From: an uncultured candidatus Porisulfidus sp.
Lineage (GTDB): Bacteria > Pseudomonadota > Gammaproteobacteria > Poriferisulfidales > Oxydemutatoraceae
DNA: 64,000 nt
Assembly: GCA_965215125.1 (NCBI GenBank)
Contig: OZ244052.1
Location: forward strand, 448,001 to 512,000
Direction: 5' to 3'
Part shown: positions 63,751 to 64,000 of the stretch, one piece after another
Numbering within the stretch: position 1 is the first letter of the stretch
Layout of the letters: each line of letters opens with the position of its first letter
Notes under the pieces: model-generated
Database searches by the model: none
What the model was told of the DNA's origin: nothing
What the model saw: only the letters and a program-made list of their open reading frames with translations
Program-made: the position numbers and the translations under genes

Positions 63751-64000
63751 TTACCAGCTACTTGATACCGAAAAAACGACTGCCTCGCAAAAATCATCGT
63801 GTAAACCATTAGCTTCGCATGCCTCGTCGGATGCATCTTGCCACGACAAATCAAATGTCAATATATCGATAGACTTGGATACACCGATTGCATAATATGT
63901 GTAATCAAATCCATCGTTAAGTTTGTCGCCATCCACATCTTGATAACCAACTTGAACATAAGGATCTACCATATCGGGAATACTGAAGCCGAGGCCACCG
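63751..64000 (-). CDS. 3' end of an outer-membrane beta-barrel protein (TorF/TIGR02001-like), start outside window
   Basis: ...VQVGYQD...DYTYYAIGVSKS..ILTFDLSW.D...AVVFSVSSSW; amphipathic strands and terminal aromatic residue. Confidence 0.65.
   Translation of the reverse strand, partial: GGLGFSIPDMVDPYVQVGYQDVDGDKLNDGFDYTYYAIGVSKSIDILTFDLSWQDASDEACEANGLHDDFCEAVVFSVSSSW

Overview
Chromosomal window of a Gammaproteobacterium (about 45% GC by eye), with compact and rearranged core operons that would fit a host-associated lineage (inference). Most of it is housekeeping: psd, rmuC, dksA, nrdAB, ctpA, ampG, xth, an RND pump, apaHG-rsmA, ssrA, dat-dacA-rlpA-mltB-rodA-mrdA, ppa, grxD, cfa, lapB-ihfB-rpsA-cmk-aroA-tyrA-hisC, rpoCB-rplLJAK-nusG-secE-tRNA-tuf-tRNAs and mdh. 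The first 5.7 kb is accessory and holds the main discoveries. (1) An IS110 element whose ends, CA core, junction promoter and bridge RNA with all four guide segments can be read from the sequence; it sits in a GTAG-type REP hairpin. (2) A Mu-like prophage remnant with a likely intact terminus. Its MuF head protein carries a C-terminal PBECR-type nuclease domain. No immunity ORF follows; instead there is an antisense ~100-nt multi-helix RNA with its own promoter, a candidate RNA antitoxin. Also notable are nine mosaic palindromic repeat islands (one with a flipped hairpin core), a DksA with seven histone-H1-like repeats, a DnaA-box/IHF array upstream of nrdA, and an apparently catalytically defective LMW phosphatase overlapping rpoC. 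All family assignments come from motif recognition, not database searches.
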